Origin: Actinomycetota bacterium
GTDB taxonomy: Bacteria; Actinomycetota; Humimicrobiia; Humimicrobiales; Humimicrobiaceae
Length of the DNA stretch: 64,000 bases
Reading direction: 5' to 3'
Assembly: GCA_028698215.1 (NCBI GenBank)
Contig: JAQVDY010000007.1
Span: 6,579 to 70,578, forward strand
The position numbers and the translations under genes are program-made. Below the pieces are notes generated by a model. That model was not told where the DNA came from, made no database searches, and saw only the letters and a list, made by a program, of their open reading frames with translations. This document shows, piece by piece, positions 46,335-56,356 of this stretch (positions are counted from its first letter, which is position 1; every line of letters begins with the position of its first letter).

Positions 46335-47285
46335 ATGAATATGGACAAAAACAAAATACTGATATCACATTCACCCCACCTGTGGAAAGGCTTCTCCACC
46401 ACCAAACTCATGTATCTGGTGGTGGTTGCGCTGCTTTTGCCTACCGGGGCTGGAATTTACTTTTTCGGCTGGTCGGCAGTGTACTTGATTTTAGCCAGTG
46501 TAATTACCTGTTTTATTACTGAATTGGTAATTAAAAAGTTGCGCAAAAAACCATTTATAAATGATGGCAGCGCAGTGATTACCGGCCTGCTGTTTGCCCT
46601 GGTTCTCCCCCCCAGAATGCCTATCTGGATGGTAGTGGTGGGAGCCTTTTTCTCCATTGCAGTAGTAAAAGAGGCTTTTGGGGGATTGGGATATAATATA
46701 TTTAATCCTGCTCTGGGAGGAAGGGCTTTTTTAGCGGTTTGCTTTCCCCAACAGATGACTACCTGGGTGGCGCCCAGCGGATTTAGCCCGGATGCAGTTA
46801 CCACTGCAACCCCCCTGGCCCAGAATTTTGCCCATGAAGGAAGCAGGGCCAGCCTTTATGGGGATATGTTCTTCGGCAATACTGCCGGCTCTATGGGAGA
46901 AACTTCTGCCCTGCTTATAATTCTGGGAGGTATACTATTACTGGCCTTAAGGATAATTGACTGGAGGATTCCGGTCTTCTATATCGGTACCGTGGCCCTG
47001 TTTAGCTATGCCCTGGGAATAGATCCCTTATTTGCCATATTGGCGGGAGGTCTTATGATTGGGGCCTTTTTTATGGCTACCGATTATGTGACTTCTCCTA
47101 CTACCTCCAACGGAAAAATAATATTTGGAGTGGGCTTAGGCTTATTGACCGTACTTATAAGGAGATTTGGCTCTTTGCCGGAAGGTGTGGCTTTTTCTAT
47201 CTTGATTATGAATGCCTTCACCCCTCTGATTGATAAATATACAAAAAGGAAACCATTTGGTTTCCAGAAGAAGGAAGCTGCGTAG
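46335..47285 (+). CDS. rnfD: Rnf complex subunit D
   Basis: 316 aa polytopic membrane protein; conserved SGAT flavinylation-region-like motif (ISGAT). Confidence 0.85.
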   Translation: MNMDKNKILISHSPHLWKGFSTTKLMYLVVVALLLPTGAGIYFFGWSAVYLILASVITCFITELVIKKLRKKPFINDGSAVITGLLFALVLPPRMPIWMVVVGAFFSIAVVKEAFGGLGYNIFNPALGGRAFLAVCFPQQMTTWVAPSGFSPDAVTTATPLAQNFAHEGSRASLYGDMFFGNTAGSMGETSALLIILGGILLLALRIIDWRIPVFYIGTVALFSYALGIDPLFAILAGGLMIGAFFMATDYVTSPTTSNGKIIFGVGLGLLTVLIRRFGSLPEGVAFSILIMNAFTPLIDKYTKRKPFGFQKKEAA

Positions 47286-47289
47286 AGAG

Positions 47290-47820
47290 ATGTTTGATAA
47301 ATTTAAAAAAACAAAAATATATCCCATAATTTTACTGACAGTAGTGGTTTTGGTTTCAGTTACCTTATTGATGTTTTTAGGCAATATTACATCGGCAGTG
47401 GTGGAAGAAAGAAAAAAAGCGGAAATTGTAGAAATGTTGAAGCAGATTTACCCTGAAATGTCTGATTTCAGCCTGGAAAATGATATATATACGGTACTGG
47501 AAGGCCAGGAGGAAATAGGACATGCTTTTTTAGCTGAGGGCAATGGTTACGGAGGAGTAATCAGCATAATTGTAGGCCTGGATAAGGATTTGGCAGTTAA
47601 GGATATAAGCATAGTGAGCCAGACAGAAACGCCTGGATTGGGCAGCATGATAACTGAAGATTCTTTTACACAACAGTTTATCGGACTGTCTGCACAGGAA
47701 ATAGAGCTGTCTTCTTCGGGCGGCAAGATTGACTCCATTTCCGGAGCCACTATAAGCTCAGAAGCAGTTACTTCTGCTGTCAGGCAGGCAATGGAAGAAA
47801 AGATAAAGTCTATTAAGTAA
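47290..47820 (+). CDS. rnfG: Rnf complex subunit G
   Basis: Start placed at the internal ATG (MFDKFKK...) just after the rnfD stop; single TM plus FMN-binding domain with SGAT(I/Y)SS. Confidence 0.8.
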   Translation: MFDKFKKTKIYPIILLTVVVLVSVTLLMFLGNITSAVVEERKKAEIVEMLKQIYPEMSDFSLENDIYTVLEGQEEIGHAFLAEGNGYGGVISIIVGLDKDLAVKDISIVSQTETPGLGSMITEDSFTQQFIGLSAQEIELSSSGGKIDSISGATISSEAVTSAVRQAMEEKIKSIK

Positions 47821-47832
47821 GGATAAACGGTA

Positions 47833-48507
47833 ATGAATGATGAATTAAACGGCTGCAGCAGCTGCGGAAAATGTATTCCTGTAAGCAGGGGAGGGTCCAA
47901 GTTCTGGAAAGAGCTGGTAAAAGGCATAATACTCTCCAACCCTGTGTTTGTGCTGGCTTTGGGCTTGTGCCCTACGCTGGCGGTAACCGGTTCCATTGAT
48001 AATGCCCTGGGTATGGGGGCTGGCGTCATATTTGTATTACTGGGGGCCAATATCATAATATCTTTGCTTAGAAATGCTATCCCGGATTTGGTCAGGATAC
48101 CGGTATTTATTGTTATTATTGCTACCTTTGTTACAATTTTAAGCTTATTGTTTGAGGCTTATATCCCTCCACTTTATGAATCACTGGGCATTTACCTATC
48201 CCTTATTGTGGTAAACTGCATAATTTTAGGAAGAGCTGAGGTTTTTGCCTCCAAAAACGGTATAGTGCTATCGATAGCTGATGCTATTGGTATAGGTTTG
48301 GGTTTTACCCTGGCCTTGGTCCTTATAGCCTTGTTCAGGGAGATACTGGGGACGGGTTCACTTTCCGTATTTGGTTTCCAGTTGCCCAGGATACCGGTAC
48401 TTTACACCAATCCTTTAGGATTTTTTGTTTCAGCTCCGGGGGCTTTTTTAGTAATCGGGGTACTGTTGGCAGTGTTTAGATGGATAGGAGTGTTGGACAA
48501 TGAATAA
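47833..48507 (+). CDS. rnfE: Rnf complex subunit E
   Basis: 224 aa membrane protein of the RnfA/E family. Confidence 0.85.
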   Translation: MNDELNGCSSCGKCIPVSRGGSKFWKELVKGIILSNPVFVLALGLCPTLAVTGSIDNALGMGAGVIFVLLGANIIISLLRNAIPDLVRIPVFIVIIATFVTILSLLFEAYIPPLYESLGIYLSLIVVNCIILGRAEVFASKNGIVLSIADAIGIGLGFTLALVLIALFREILGTGSLSVFGFQLPRIPVLYTNPLGFFVSAPGAFLVIGVLLAVFRWIGVLDNE

Positions 48508-49075
48508 TTTATTTTCCATATTTATAGCGATGGCCATAGTAAACAATATGGTATTGGCCAAGTTTCTGGGACTGTGCCCTTTTTTTGGAGTATCCAAAAA
48601 GCTGTCTAATGCAGTAAGTATGGGTATAGCAGTTACCTTTGTAATGCTGCTGGCTTCTGTTTCCACTACCATCATATATAACTACCTGCTGGTTCCTTTT
48701 GGGGTAGAATTTATGAAGATAGTGCTCTATATTCTGGTTATAGCTTCATTAGTGCAAATAGTGGAGCTCACTATCAGGAGAACCAATATAGCCCTATATA
48801 ATGCATTGGGCATATATCTGCCCTTGATAACCACCAACTGCGCTGTACTGGGCATAGCCTTGATTAATTCCCAGGAAGGCTATAATATCCTGCAGAGCAC
48901 CATAAGTTCATTAGGGGCAGGAGTGGGTTTCAGCCTGGTACTGATTATAATGTCCGGCATAAGGGAAAAACTGGATCTGGGAGATAGCCCTGAGGCCATG
49001 AGGGGTTTGCCTATTGCTTTTATAACTGCTGCTCTTCTGGCTATGGCCTTTATGGGCTTTGGCGGTATGGTATAA
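48500..49075 (+). CDS. rnfA: Rnf complex subunit A
   Basis: 191 aa membrane protein of the RnfA/E family. Confidence 0.85.
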   Translation: MNNLFSIFIAMAIVNNMVLAKFLGLCPFFGVSKKLSNAVSMGIAVTFVMLLASVSTTIIYNYLLVPFGVEFMKIVLYILVIASLVQIVELTIRRTNIALYNALGIYLPLITTNCAVLGIALINSQEGYNILQSTISSLGAGVGFSLVLIIMSGIREKLDLGDSPEAMRGLPIAFITAALLAMAFMGFGGMV

Positions 49076-49103
49076 ATTTTTTTATAAGGAGTTTTAATTA
49101 GAA

Positions 49104-49952
49104 ATGAATGTAATTTGGATAGTAATAATATTAAGTGCAATAGGGCTGGTAAGCGGCATACTTATTTTCGTAGTGAATAAAGTGCTTCCCAGGGAGCCTG
49201 AATCCTTAAAGAAAGCGGAGCAGGTATCTCAGTATTTGCCCGGCTATAACTGCGGGGCTTGCGGGTATCCCGGATGCTTTGCCTATGCCCAGGCGGCAGC
49301 TGAGGATAAAGATATAATAACTAAAAACCCCTGTGCTACAGTGATGCAGGATGAAAAAATGCTGGCAGGCATTGAAAAAGCACTGGGTTTAAAGATAGAT
49401 ACATCCCAAATGAATAAGAAAGCTGTGGTAAAATGCTATGGGGTTACCGTTCCTATAGGTAAATATGAAGGCATTAACACCTGTGAAGCGGCCAACAGCT
49501 TGGTTGGGGGATACAAGGTATGCCCCTTTGGGTGCCTGGGTTTTGGCGACTGTGCGGTAGTTTGCCCCCAGGATGCCATCACTATAGATAAAAAAAGAAA
49601 TGTGGCAGTAATTGATCCTGAAAAATGTACAGGCTGCGGGCTATGTGTGGATCAATGCCCGAAAGGCATAATAGAACTGGTTCCTGCAGATTCCAATATA
49701 GTCTTCAGGTGTAATTACGAATCCCTGAAAGACATACCGGGAAGGGAAAAATGTGATGAAGGCTGCCTACACTGCCGTAAATGTTTGAAAGCCTGTGAGC
49801 ATGACGCCATTATTTGGAACAAGGAAAAGGGAATTCCTGAATTTGATTTTTCCAATTGCATTATGTGCGGGGCCTGCATTGAGGCTTGTCCCCACCAGCG
49901 CTTAGTAGAATTAAAAGATGTGGCAGGTAAAAAACCAGCCTTGAAAAAATAG
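49104..49952 (+). CDS. rnfB: Rnf complex subunit B (polyferredoxin)
   Basis: 282 aa; N-terminal TM helix plus multiple 4Fe-4S Cys motifs. Confidence 0.85.
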   Translation: MNVIWIVIILSAIGLVSGILIFVVNKVLPREPESLKKAEQVSQYLPGYNCGACGYPGCFAYAQAAAEDKDIITKNPCATVMQDEKMLAGIEKALGLKIDTSQMNKKAVVKCYGVTVPIGKYEGINTCEAANSLVGGYKVCPFGCLGFGDCAVVCPQDAITIDKKRNVAVIDPEKCTGCGLCVDQCPKGIIELVPADSNIVFRCNYESLKDIPGREKCDEGCLHCRKCLKACEHDAIIWNKEKGIPEFDFSNCIMCGACIEACPHQRLVELKDVAGKKPALKK

Positions 49953-50636
49953 TTATGTTCTTCGGGAAATGCAATCATGACGGGGGCATAACTGGCAGGC
50001 GACCCTGGTTTTATCTATTTCATGTTCGGGGCCAAACCCATATACCCCTGATATGGATTTAAACGGCATCATTAGGTAGCTGGGATTTAAGTTTACCCCT
50101 ATTTGGGATCCATCAACCATCTTAAATATTTCTTTTTGTTCTTCTATGGTCCATTTATACTGCCCGGGGGAGTAGCTGCAGGTGGCTTGCCATCCCGGTT
50201 GTTGTAACCCTTGCTGTCTGGCTATGGTGGCGAATTGTTCGCCCAGCAGGGTAAGAAAGCTGGTGGTTACTGCATCCATAACAATAGTAGACAAGGTATC
50301 TCCACTTTCACTATTCTGTTTAATTAGCTGGTCTACCTGGTGTCCCAGGGTACAAATGTAGATAAGGGCAAGTTTGGAGCCCAGCAGAATCTTTGAAATA
50401 TTGGGGCCGTTAAACCGGTGTCCGGAACTGAACCATACTGATTCCCCCTTAATTTTTTCTATTTCGAACAGGTCATAGATGGCTTGGGGTTGTATGGCTT
50501 GCAGGCATTGATATTTTTTTTCTGCCAGCAGGTCTTCCAGTTGCTGGTTTAGCCTTCCCCCCATAAGTTTAGTTAAAAAGTCCCTGCCGGTGTCCGGGGG
50601 AACATCAAGACTTATCTTATGTAAAACTTTTGCCAT
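49953..50636 (-). CDS. Stand-alone vitamin-B12-dependent methionine-synthase activation-domain-like protein
   Basis: 227 aa; YSPGQYKW resembles the (R)xSPGYGxW motif of the MetH reactivation domain; C-terminal CxxCPxxxC; assignment tentative. Confidence 0.35.
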   Translation of the reverse strand: MAKVLHKISLDVPPDTGRDFLTKLMGGRLNQQLEDLLAEKKYQCLQAIQPQAIYDLFEIEKIKGESVWFSSGHRFNGPNISKILLGSKLALIYICTLGHQVDQLIKQNSESGDTLSTIVMDAVTTSFLTLLGEQFATIARQQGLQQPGWQATCSYSPGQYKWTIEEQKEIFKMVDGSQIGVNLNPSYLMMPFKSISGVYGFGPEHEIDKTRVACQLCPRHDCISRRT

Positions 50637-50708
50637 ATTACCCTATTTTTCCTTGGCATTTTTACCTAATATAATATAACATTAATACAACTAAAAAAAG
50701 GTTAATAA

Positions 50709-51152
50709 ATGCCAGACTCCCAGATAGAAAAGATAAGGAAGTATTTTGAAAAAGAGCCTTATGCCGGTTACTTGGGAATGAAGCTGGAAGAACTGGCTTT
50801 AGGACGCAGTGTAGTCAGCATGAAGGCCTTACCCCAGTTTAACAATGCTTTTTCCATTACCCACGGCGGGGCAATTTTCTCTCTGGTCGATACGGCTTTT
50901 GGCCTGGCGGCAAATTCTTACGGGCAATTGGCAGTAGCCCTTTCCATGTCCATAAACTATATCTCTCCTGCCCGGCCGGGAGACAGGCTGACCGCAGAGG
51001 CGCAGGAGGTAAGCAGAGGGACACGAACCGCTAATTACAGGATAACAGTAACCAATAAACCCGGCCAAACCGTAGCTATTTGCCAGGCGATAGCCTATTT
51101 AAAAAGAAAAAAATTACCACTGCCCTTAAAAAAAAATGAAGATAATACATAG
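50709..51152 (+). CDS. PaaI-family hotdog-fold thioesterase
   Basis: 147 aa; HGGAIFSLVDTAFGLA hotdog signature. Confidence 0.7.
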   Translation: MPDSQIEKIRKYFEKEPYAGYLGMKLEELALGRSVVSMKALPQFNNAFSITHGGAIFSLVDTAFGLAANSYGQLAVALSMSINYISPARPGDRLTAEAQEVSRGTRTANYRITVTNKPGQTVAICQAIAYLKRKKLPLPLKKNEDNT

Positions 51153-52197
51153 CTCAGATCTACATTTAAACCAGAAATTTCCAGAGAGGATGGAAGCTTT
51201 AGACCGGATATTGGAATTAGGGCACCACCAGCAAGCGGATATAATTTGCATAGCCGGTGACCTTTTTGACAGCAGGGCAGATTGCGATTTTTATCGGCCC
51301 ATGCTGCGCCAGAAATTTTCACAGCTTCCATTTAAAGTCCTGGTTATTCCCGGAAATCATGATTATGGTTCTTATGGAGGCGATAATTTTTTTGGCAATG
51401 ATATTACCATTATTGATAAAAAGCCTTTTGAAGTAATAAACCTAAATCAAGCCAGGCTGATAGCAGTACCCTATTATAACCAGGATTTAAGCCAGCATAT
51501 TTACCAGATAATCGAAAACAAAGACCCTGAAGGAATAAATATTTTGATGCTGCACTGTTCCCTGGATGCACCTTTTATAGAGAAAGATGATCTGGGGGAG
51601 GAGCAAGGGGAAAAATACCTGCCGGTAAGCTCCAAAGTTCTGGCAGAGTTAGGTTTTGACTATATTCTTGCCGGCCATTACCACAGCCGTTTCACGGTTC
51701 AGAAAATCTCTGAGGCCAGTACTTTTATTTATCCCGGCAGCCCGGTATCGGTTACCAAAAAAGAGCTGGGAAAAAGAGCAGTGGCAGTGCTGGATACCAA
51801 AGAGGATCCGCCGGTTAGCCAGGCTTATGTAGACAGCAAATATTTTGATGTCTTGAATTTTTCCTTTTTGCCCCAAAAAGAGGATGAAGTCCTGTCACAG
51901 CTGCAGCAGGCCTTGGACCAGAATGATTCCCGCTACGGCTGGATAGCGGTGTGCCTGGATGGATTTACATCCCGGGGAGAAAAAACACTTAAAGCGGAAA
52001 TTGAAAATATTGCTGACAGGTATGATAGGGATAAAATAGAGTTGAATTTGACCTACAGGGATGTAGCGGCAGTATTGGCAGATCCCCTTTATGCTGATTT
52101 TAAAGGGAAGCTGGAGAAGTCAGAGTTAAGCGAAGAATTGAAAAAGGATATTGACCAGCAGTGCAAGCTCTATTTTTCTAAACTGAGGATGGATTAA
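51136..52197 (+). CDS. SbcD/Mre11-family metallophosphoesterase (YhaO-like)
   Basis: 353 aa; DLHL, GDLFD, GNHD phosphoesterase motifs; overlaps the upstream gene by 17 nt. Confidence 0.75.
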   Translation: MKIIHSSDLHLNQKFPERMEALDRILELGHHQQADIICIAGDLFDSRADCDFYRPMLRQKFSQLPFKVLVIPGNHDYGSYGGDNFFGNDITIIDKKPFEVINLNQARLIAVPYYNQDLSQHIYQIIENKDPEGINILMLHCSLDAPFIEKDDLGEEQGEKYLPVSSKVLAELGFDYILAGHYHSRFTVQKISEASTFIYPGSPVSVTKKELGKRAVAVLDTKEDPPVSQAYVDSKYFDVLNFSFLPQKEDEVLSQLQQALDQNDSRYGWIAVCLDGFTSRGEKTLKAEIENIADRYDRDKIELNLTYRDVAAVLADPLYADFKGKLEKSELSEELKKDIDQQCKLYFSKLRMD

Positions 52198-52199
52198 TT

Positions 52200-54503
52200 T
52201 TGTTTTTAAAAAAAATAGCATTAAATCATTATGGACCTATATCCAGCCAGCAGCTGGATATAGGTAAGGGCATACAAATTATCTGGGGTCCTAATGAGGC
52301 CGGCAAAACCCTTACCATAGATGCTGTATTAAAATTAATGCTGGGTAAATCAGCCCGTGATTTTAATGATATTGACCGGGTTAATCAGCTGCCTGACGGT
52401 TACCTGCTCCTGGAAGAGGACCAGGGGCAGCAGTTAAAAATAGATTCTGCCAACAGTTTGAGCAAATTTATAGGTATAAGTCCCCGGGATGTCCGGAATA
52501 TCATGGTGATTAGGAACAGTGATCTCAGCCTGGATCTGGAAGCGGACTATTATCGTACCGTTACTGACCGGTTAACCGGCCTGCAGACAGAAAGAATTGA
52601 AAAGCTGGCGGGGATGTTCAGGCAGTATGGCCGGTTGACCGAACAGGGCAGCCTATCTAACAGCCGGGAACACGGCTATATTAAGAATAAAAGGGAAGAG
52701 GCCAAACAATTAAAAAAAGAAATCGACAGCTATCTCTCTGAAGCACAAAAAAACCACCTGGATGAACTGGAAGTTACTAGTTTGAGGTTATCCAAAAAGT
52801 TGGGAGAGACCAAACAGCAGCTGGCAGAATATGACCGGTTAGCGGCATTTAATGATTTTAAACAGTTGGAAGATAATATAGCCCAGCTTAAAATATTAAC
52901 AGGTCAATTCCAGCAGTACCAAAAATATACCCAGGAAAGTTATAACCATCTTTTAAAATTAAAGTCAGATATAAGTACTGATGACGACAATATCAAAGTC
53001 GCTGCTGCTGAAAGCAGTAACCTGGATAAAACCATAGACGGCCTGGCTGTAAAAAAGGGGGAAGTAGAAAGCAAGCTCAAACCCTTAGATGATAAAGCCA
53101 AAAACCTGGTTGAGCTAAAAGAAGAGCTTGCCTTTTGGCAGCATCAAAACATGGAGGCTGAGAACAAGGTATTTCTGTGGGTGTCCCTGGCTTTGCTGGC
53201 TATGGGTTTCATAAGCCTGGTTCCCCTCATAATGTATCAGGTTTTAGCCTATTTATGGCTTCCCTTGATACTGGTTTTTCTGTTCCTGGCTTTTTTTGGC
53301 TTCTACTGGTATCAAAAGCAAAAATATAGATCCTATCTTTTAGGCCTGTCCAAGCTGCTGGATAAATTTAGCAGATGGGGCATTAAAGCCCAGAGCCTAA
53401 GGGAAGCAGCAGTAGAAGTCAGCCGTTTTGAAGAGCAGAAGCAAATTTTGGAAGAAGAGAAACTGGGTCTGGAAAAGGAATTAGACATAAAAAGGGGACA
53501 TAGGCAGAGCCTGGCGGCAGATACCAAGAGGCATAGCCAAAACCTATCCGATAGCCGGGAACAGGTGTCAGATATCTTAAATCAGCTGGGGGTAGAAAGT
53601 GAACAGGCACTAGCTAAAAAGTTGGAAGAAAAAAGAGACATTCAGTACAGGGCAGGGCAAGTATTTCAATGGCTGAACCAAAAATTTGAGCTAAGCTATG
53701 AGAATGAAAATGATATGGATTATATTGGAAAAAAATTAATTGAGATAGACAGCCTGGCCCAGGAGAAAAAACCCCAAGGATACTCATCAAACCAGGTTTT
53801 GCGCCGTATTGACCAAAAATACTATCAACAGCTAAAGCAAGAGTTAACAGAGCTGGAAGTAGAGCTGGGGGAAAATAATAAAAAGCTGGAAGACCACCAG
53901 TTCGCTTTAAGGGATATGCAGAAAAAATTAGATAATCTGGAAATAGAATGTTCTAATATAGAGATAGATAACTTGGCTAAGCTGCCCAAAGCAGCGGTTT
54001 TGCTGGAGGATTTTGCAGCAGAGATTGACCGAAGGGCAGAGGCAGCAGAAGAGGCCATTGCCATATTGGGCCAGATCAGCCAGGAAGAGCAGCTTAAGGT
54101 ATCAGATATATTTGAAACCCTTTCTGCTTCAGATTATTTTCACCAGGTAACAGGGGGTAGATACAGCCGCATATATTATGAGCCCGAGCAAAAAAAAGTA
54201 AAAGTGGTTAACCGTAAAGGAGAAAGCCTGGAGGCAACCCAGTTAAGCCGGGGTACTTATGACCAGTTATACCTGGCTATAAGGGTGGCTTTGGCACAAA
54301 AGGTTTTTACTGAACCTTCCTTTTTCATATTAGACGATGCTTTTATCTATTCTGACACCGACAGGCTCAAACAGCAGTTTGAGCTACTGGCCAGCTTGGC
54401 CCAAGAAGGATGGTCTTTTATTTATTTTACAGTGAAGGATGAAATAAAGCAGATGGCAGGAAGTATTTCTTCCCACCATATAATTTCTATGGAAGGTAAC
54501 TGA
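52200..54503 (+). CDS. SbcC/Rad50-like ATPase with central transmembrane segment (YhaN-like)
   Basis: 767 aa; N-terminal Walker A (GPNEAGKT), long coiled coils, hydrophobic segment at about residues 320-370, C-terminal signature/Walker B region (FFILDDAF). Confidence 0.7.
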   Translation: MFLKKIALNHYGPISSQQLDIGKGIQIIWGPNEAGKTLTIDAVLKLMLGKSARDFNDIDRVNQLPDGYLLLEEDQGQQLKIDSANSLSKFIGISPRDVRNIMVIRNSDLSLDLEADYYRTVTDRLTGLQTERIEKLAGMFRQYGRLTEQGSLSNSREHGYIKNKREEAKQLKKEIDSYLSEAQKNHLDELEVTSLRLSKKLGETKQQLAEYDRLAAFNDFKQLEDNIAQLKILTGQFQQYQKYTQESYNHLLKLKSDISTDDDNIKVAAAESSNLDKTIDGLAVKKGEVESKLKPLDDKAKNLVELKEELAFWQHQNMEAENKVFLWVSLALLAMGFISLVPLIMYQVLAYLWLPLILVFLFLAFFGFYWYQKQKYRSYLLGLSKLLDKFSRWGIKAQSLREAAVEVSRFEEQKQILEEEKLGLEKELDIKRGHRQSLAADTKRHSQNLSDSREQVSDILNQLGVESEQALAKKLEEKRDIQYRAGQVFQWLNQKFELSYENENDMDYIGKKLIEIDSLAQEKKPQGYSSNQVLRRIDQKYYQQLKQELTELEVELGENNKKLEDHQFALRDMQKKLDNLEIECSNIEIDNLAKLPKAAVLLEDFAAEIDRRAEAAEEAIAILGQISQEEQLKVSDIFETLSASDYFHQVTGGRYSRIYYEPEQKKVKVVNRKGESLEATQLSRGTYDQLYLAIRVALAQKVFTEPSFFILDDAFIYSDTDRLKQQFELLASLAQEGWSFIYFTVKDEIKQMAGSISSHHIISMEGN

Positions 54504-54504
54504 T

Positions 54505-55260
54505 ATGAATAATTTTAAATACAATGCGCAGCTTTATGACCTTCAGATTGACTGGGAGGCCAGGCTGGCCAGGGAGATGGAGCTGCTTCTTCATATAATT
54601 AACAAATACAGGGTTAACAGTATTTTGGATATAGGATGCGGAACCGGCCATCACCTCCAGGCCTTATCCGGTTATGTGGATAAACTGGTAGGGCTAGATC
54701 CTTTAAAAGATACTATAGAATATGCCCAAAATAAGGTGGTTACCGCTAAAAATGTAACTTTGAAAGTGGGAGGCTTTGAAGATTTGGGTCATATGGATCT
54801 GCCTGAATTTGACCTGGTGATGAGCCTGGGTAATACCTTGACCTTGCCGGGTACCCGCAGAAAGGTTAAACAGGCCTTAAAACATTGCCGCAAGAAACTT
54901 AGTAAAGAAGGCGCAGCATTGTTTCAGTTCCTTAACTTTAACCGCAGCATTATAGAAAAGAACAGTTATTACCGTCCCAAAGTGGTCCGGTGGGAAGGTA
55001 AACAATACTTGTTTTTAAAGCATTTTAACTACGGGCGGATAAAAACCAAAGCGGATTTTATAATCGCTGGAATTGGTGACGGGGACAAGGTTGAACATTT
55101 TGAAATAAACAGTTCATTGATGTGCACCTTAAAGCGGAGCCTGTTTATAAGTATGGCCAAGAATGCTGGTTATTCTGATATTGAATTGAGGGGTCCTTCG
55201 GGAAAAGAGGGTTTTAATTATCAAAAAGATATTAGCTTATATGCTTTATTGAACAAGTAG
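54505..55260 (+). CDS. Class I SAM-dependent methyltransferase
   Basis: 251 aa; ILDIGCGTGHH motif I; start immediately after the sbcC-like stop. Confidence 0.7.
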   Translation: MNNFKYNAQLYDLQIDWEARLAREMELLLHIINKYRVNSILDIGCGTGHHLQALSGYVDKLVGLDPLKDTIEYAQNKVVTAKNVTLKVGGFEDLGHMDLPEFDLVMSLGNTLTLPGTRRKVKQALKHCRKKLSKEGAALFQFLNFNRSIIEKNSYYRPKVVRWEGKQYLFLKHFNYGRIKTKADFIIAGIGDGDKVEHFEINSSLMCTLKRSLFISMAKNAGYSDIELRGPSGKEGFNYQKDISLYALLNK

Positions 55261-55280
55261 AATGGTTTAAAGGAAAAAGT

Positions 55281-55697
55281 ATGGAAAAATTAAAGAGGTT
55301 TGGGGTATCAATTGAAGAAGGCCTGCTGGAAAAGTTTGATCAGTACTTAAAACATAGCAGCTACCGTAACAGATCGGAAGCCATAAGGGATTTATTGAGA
55401 AAAGAGCTGGTAGAAGCTCAATGGTTAAAAAGTGATGAAGTAGTGGCCGGGGCCATAATTATGGTATATGACCACCATCAGAAAGAGCTGATGGATAACT
55501 TAATACATATTCAACATCATCACCAGGATATTATTATATCCAGCCAGCATATACATATGGACCAGAGGATGTGTATGGAAATAATAGTGGTTAAGGGTAA
55601 GATGGGCAAGGTGTATCAGCTGGAATCCAAGCTCAAGGCAGTAAAGGGTGTAAAGCATGCTTCCCTGGCTAAATCTACTCTGGGAAAGGGAATGTAG
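55281..55697 (+). CDS. nikR: Nickel-responsive regulator NikR
   Basis: 138 aa; ribbon-helix-helix N-terminus (RFGVSIEEGLLEKFD....RNRSEAIRDL) and His/Cys-rich C-terminal metal-binding domain (HxHHH...C). Confidence 0.8.
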   Translation: MEKLKRFGVSIEEGLLEKFDQYLKHSSYRNRSEAIRDLLRKELVEAQWLKSDEVVAGAIIMVYDHHQKELMDNLIHIQHHHQDIIISSQHIHMDQRMCMEIIVVKGKMGKVYQLESKLKAVKGVKHASLAKSTLGKGM

Positions 55698-55699
55698 GT

Positions 55700-56356
55700 T
55701 CAGGCATTCTCCTGCCCGTACCTGCACCAGGCCAGTATGCTGCATTGTCTGCATTTTGGGTTTCTACCCAGGCAAATTGTTCTCCCAAAGGCAATGATTT
55801 TATGTGAAAAATCGGTCCATCCGTCTTCAGGTATTATATTCCTTAAATCAAATTCTATTTTATCAGGATTGGTATTAGTAGTAAGTCCCAGCCGGGTGGC
55901 AATCCTTTTCATGTGGGTATCTACAATAATGGCCTGCTGCCCATAAGCATTAGCCAGTACCACATTGGCTGTTTTCCTGCCTACTCCGGACAGGGAAGTA
56001 AGCTGGTCAATATTGGAAGGCACCTGGCCTCCAAATCTATCCACCAGGTCTTGGGCACAATTTTTGATATTTTTAGCCTTGTTCCTAAAAAAGCCGGTAG
56101 ATTTAACTGCCTGCTCCAGCTGGTACAGGTCTGCCTGGGCCAGGATCCGGGGGGTTGGATAGGTTTTGAACAGCTGGGGAGTGATTTTATTGACCTGCTT
56201 ATCGGTGCTTTGGGCGGCCAGTATGGTAGCAATCAATAGCTGGAACGGATTTTTAAAATGTAGGGAGGTGTCATCTGCTTGGGGATAATGCTTTTTTAAG
56301 TTAGCAATTATTTTGTCAATATTTTCTACTGCTGGAGGATAGAGTCCTGGTTTCAT
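55700..56356 (-). CDS. nth: Endonuclease III (Nth; DNA glycosylase/AP lyase with 4Fe-4S cluster)
   Basis: 218 aa; HhH-GPD motif (LTSLSGVGRKTANVV), catalytic Lys/Asp, CxxxxxxCxxCxxxxxC cluster. Confidence 0.85.
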   Translation of the reverse strand: MKPGLYPPAVENIDKIIANLKKHYPQADDTSLHFKNPFQLLIATILAAQSTDKQVNKITPQLFKTYPTPRILAQADLYQLEQAVKSTGFFRNKAKNIKNCAQDLVDRFGGQVPSNIDQLTSLSGVGRKTANVVLANAYGQQAIIVDTHMKRIATRLGLTTNTNPDKIEFDLRNIIPEDGWTDFSHKIIAFGRTICLGRNPKCRQCSILAWCRYGQENA

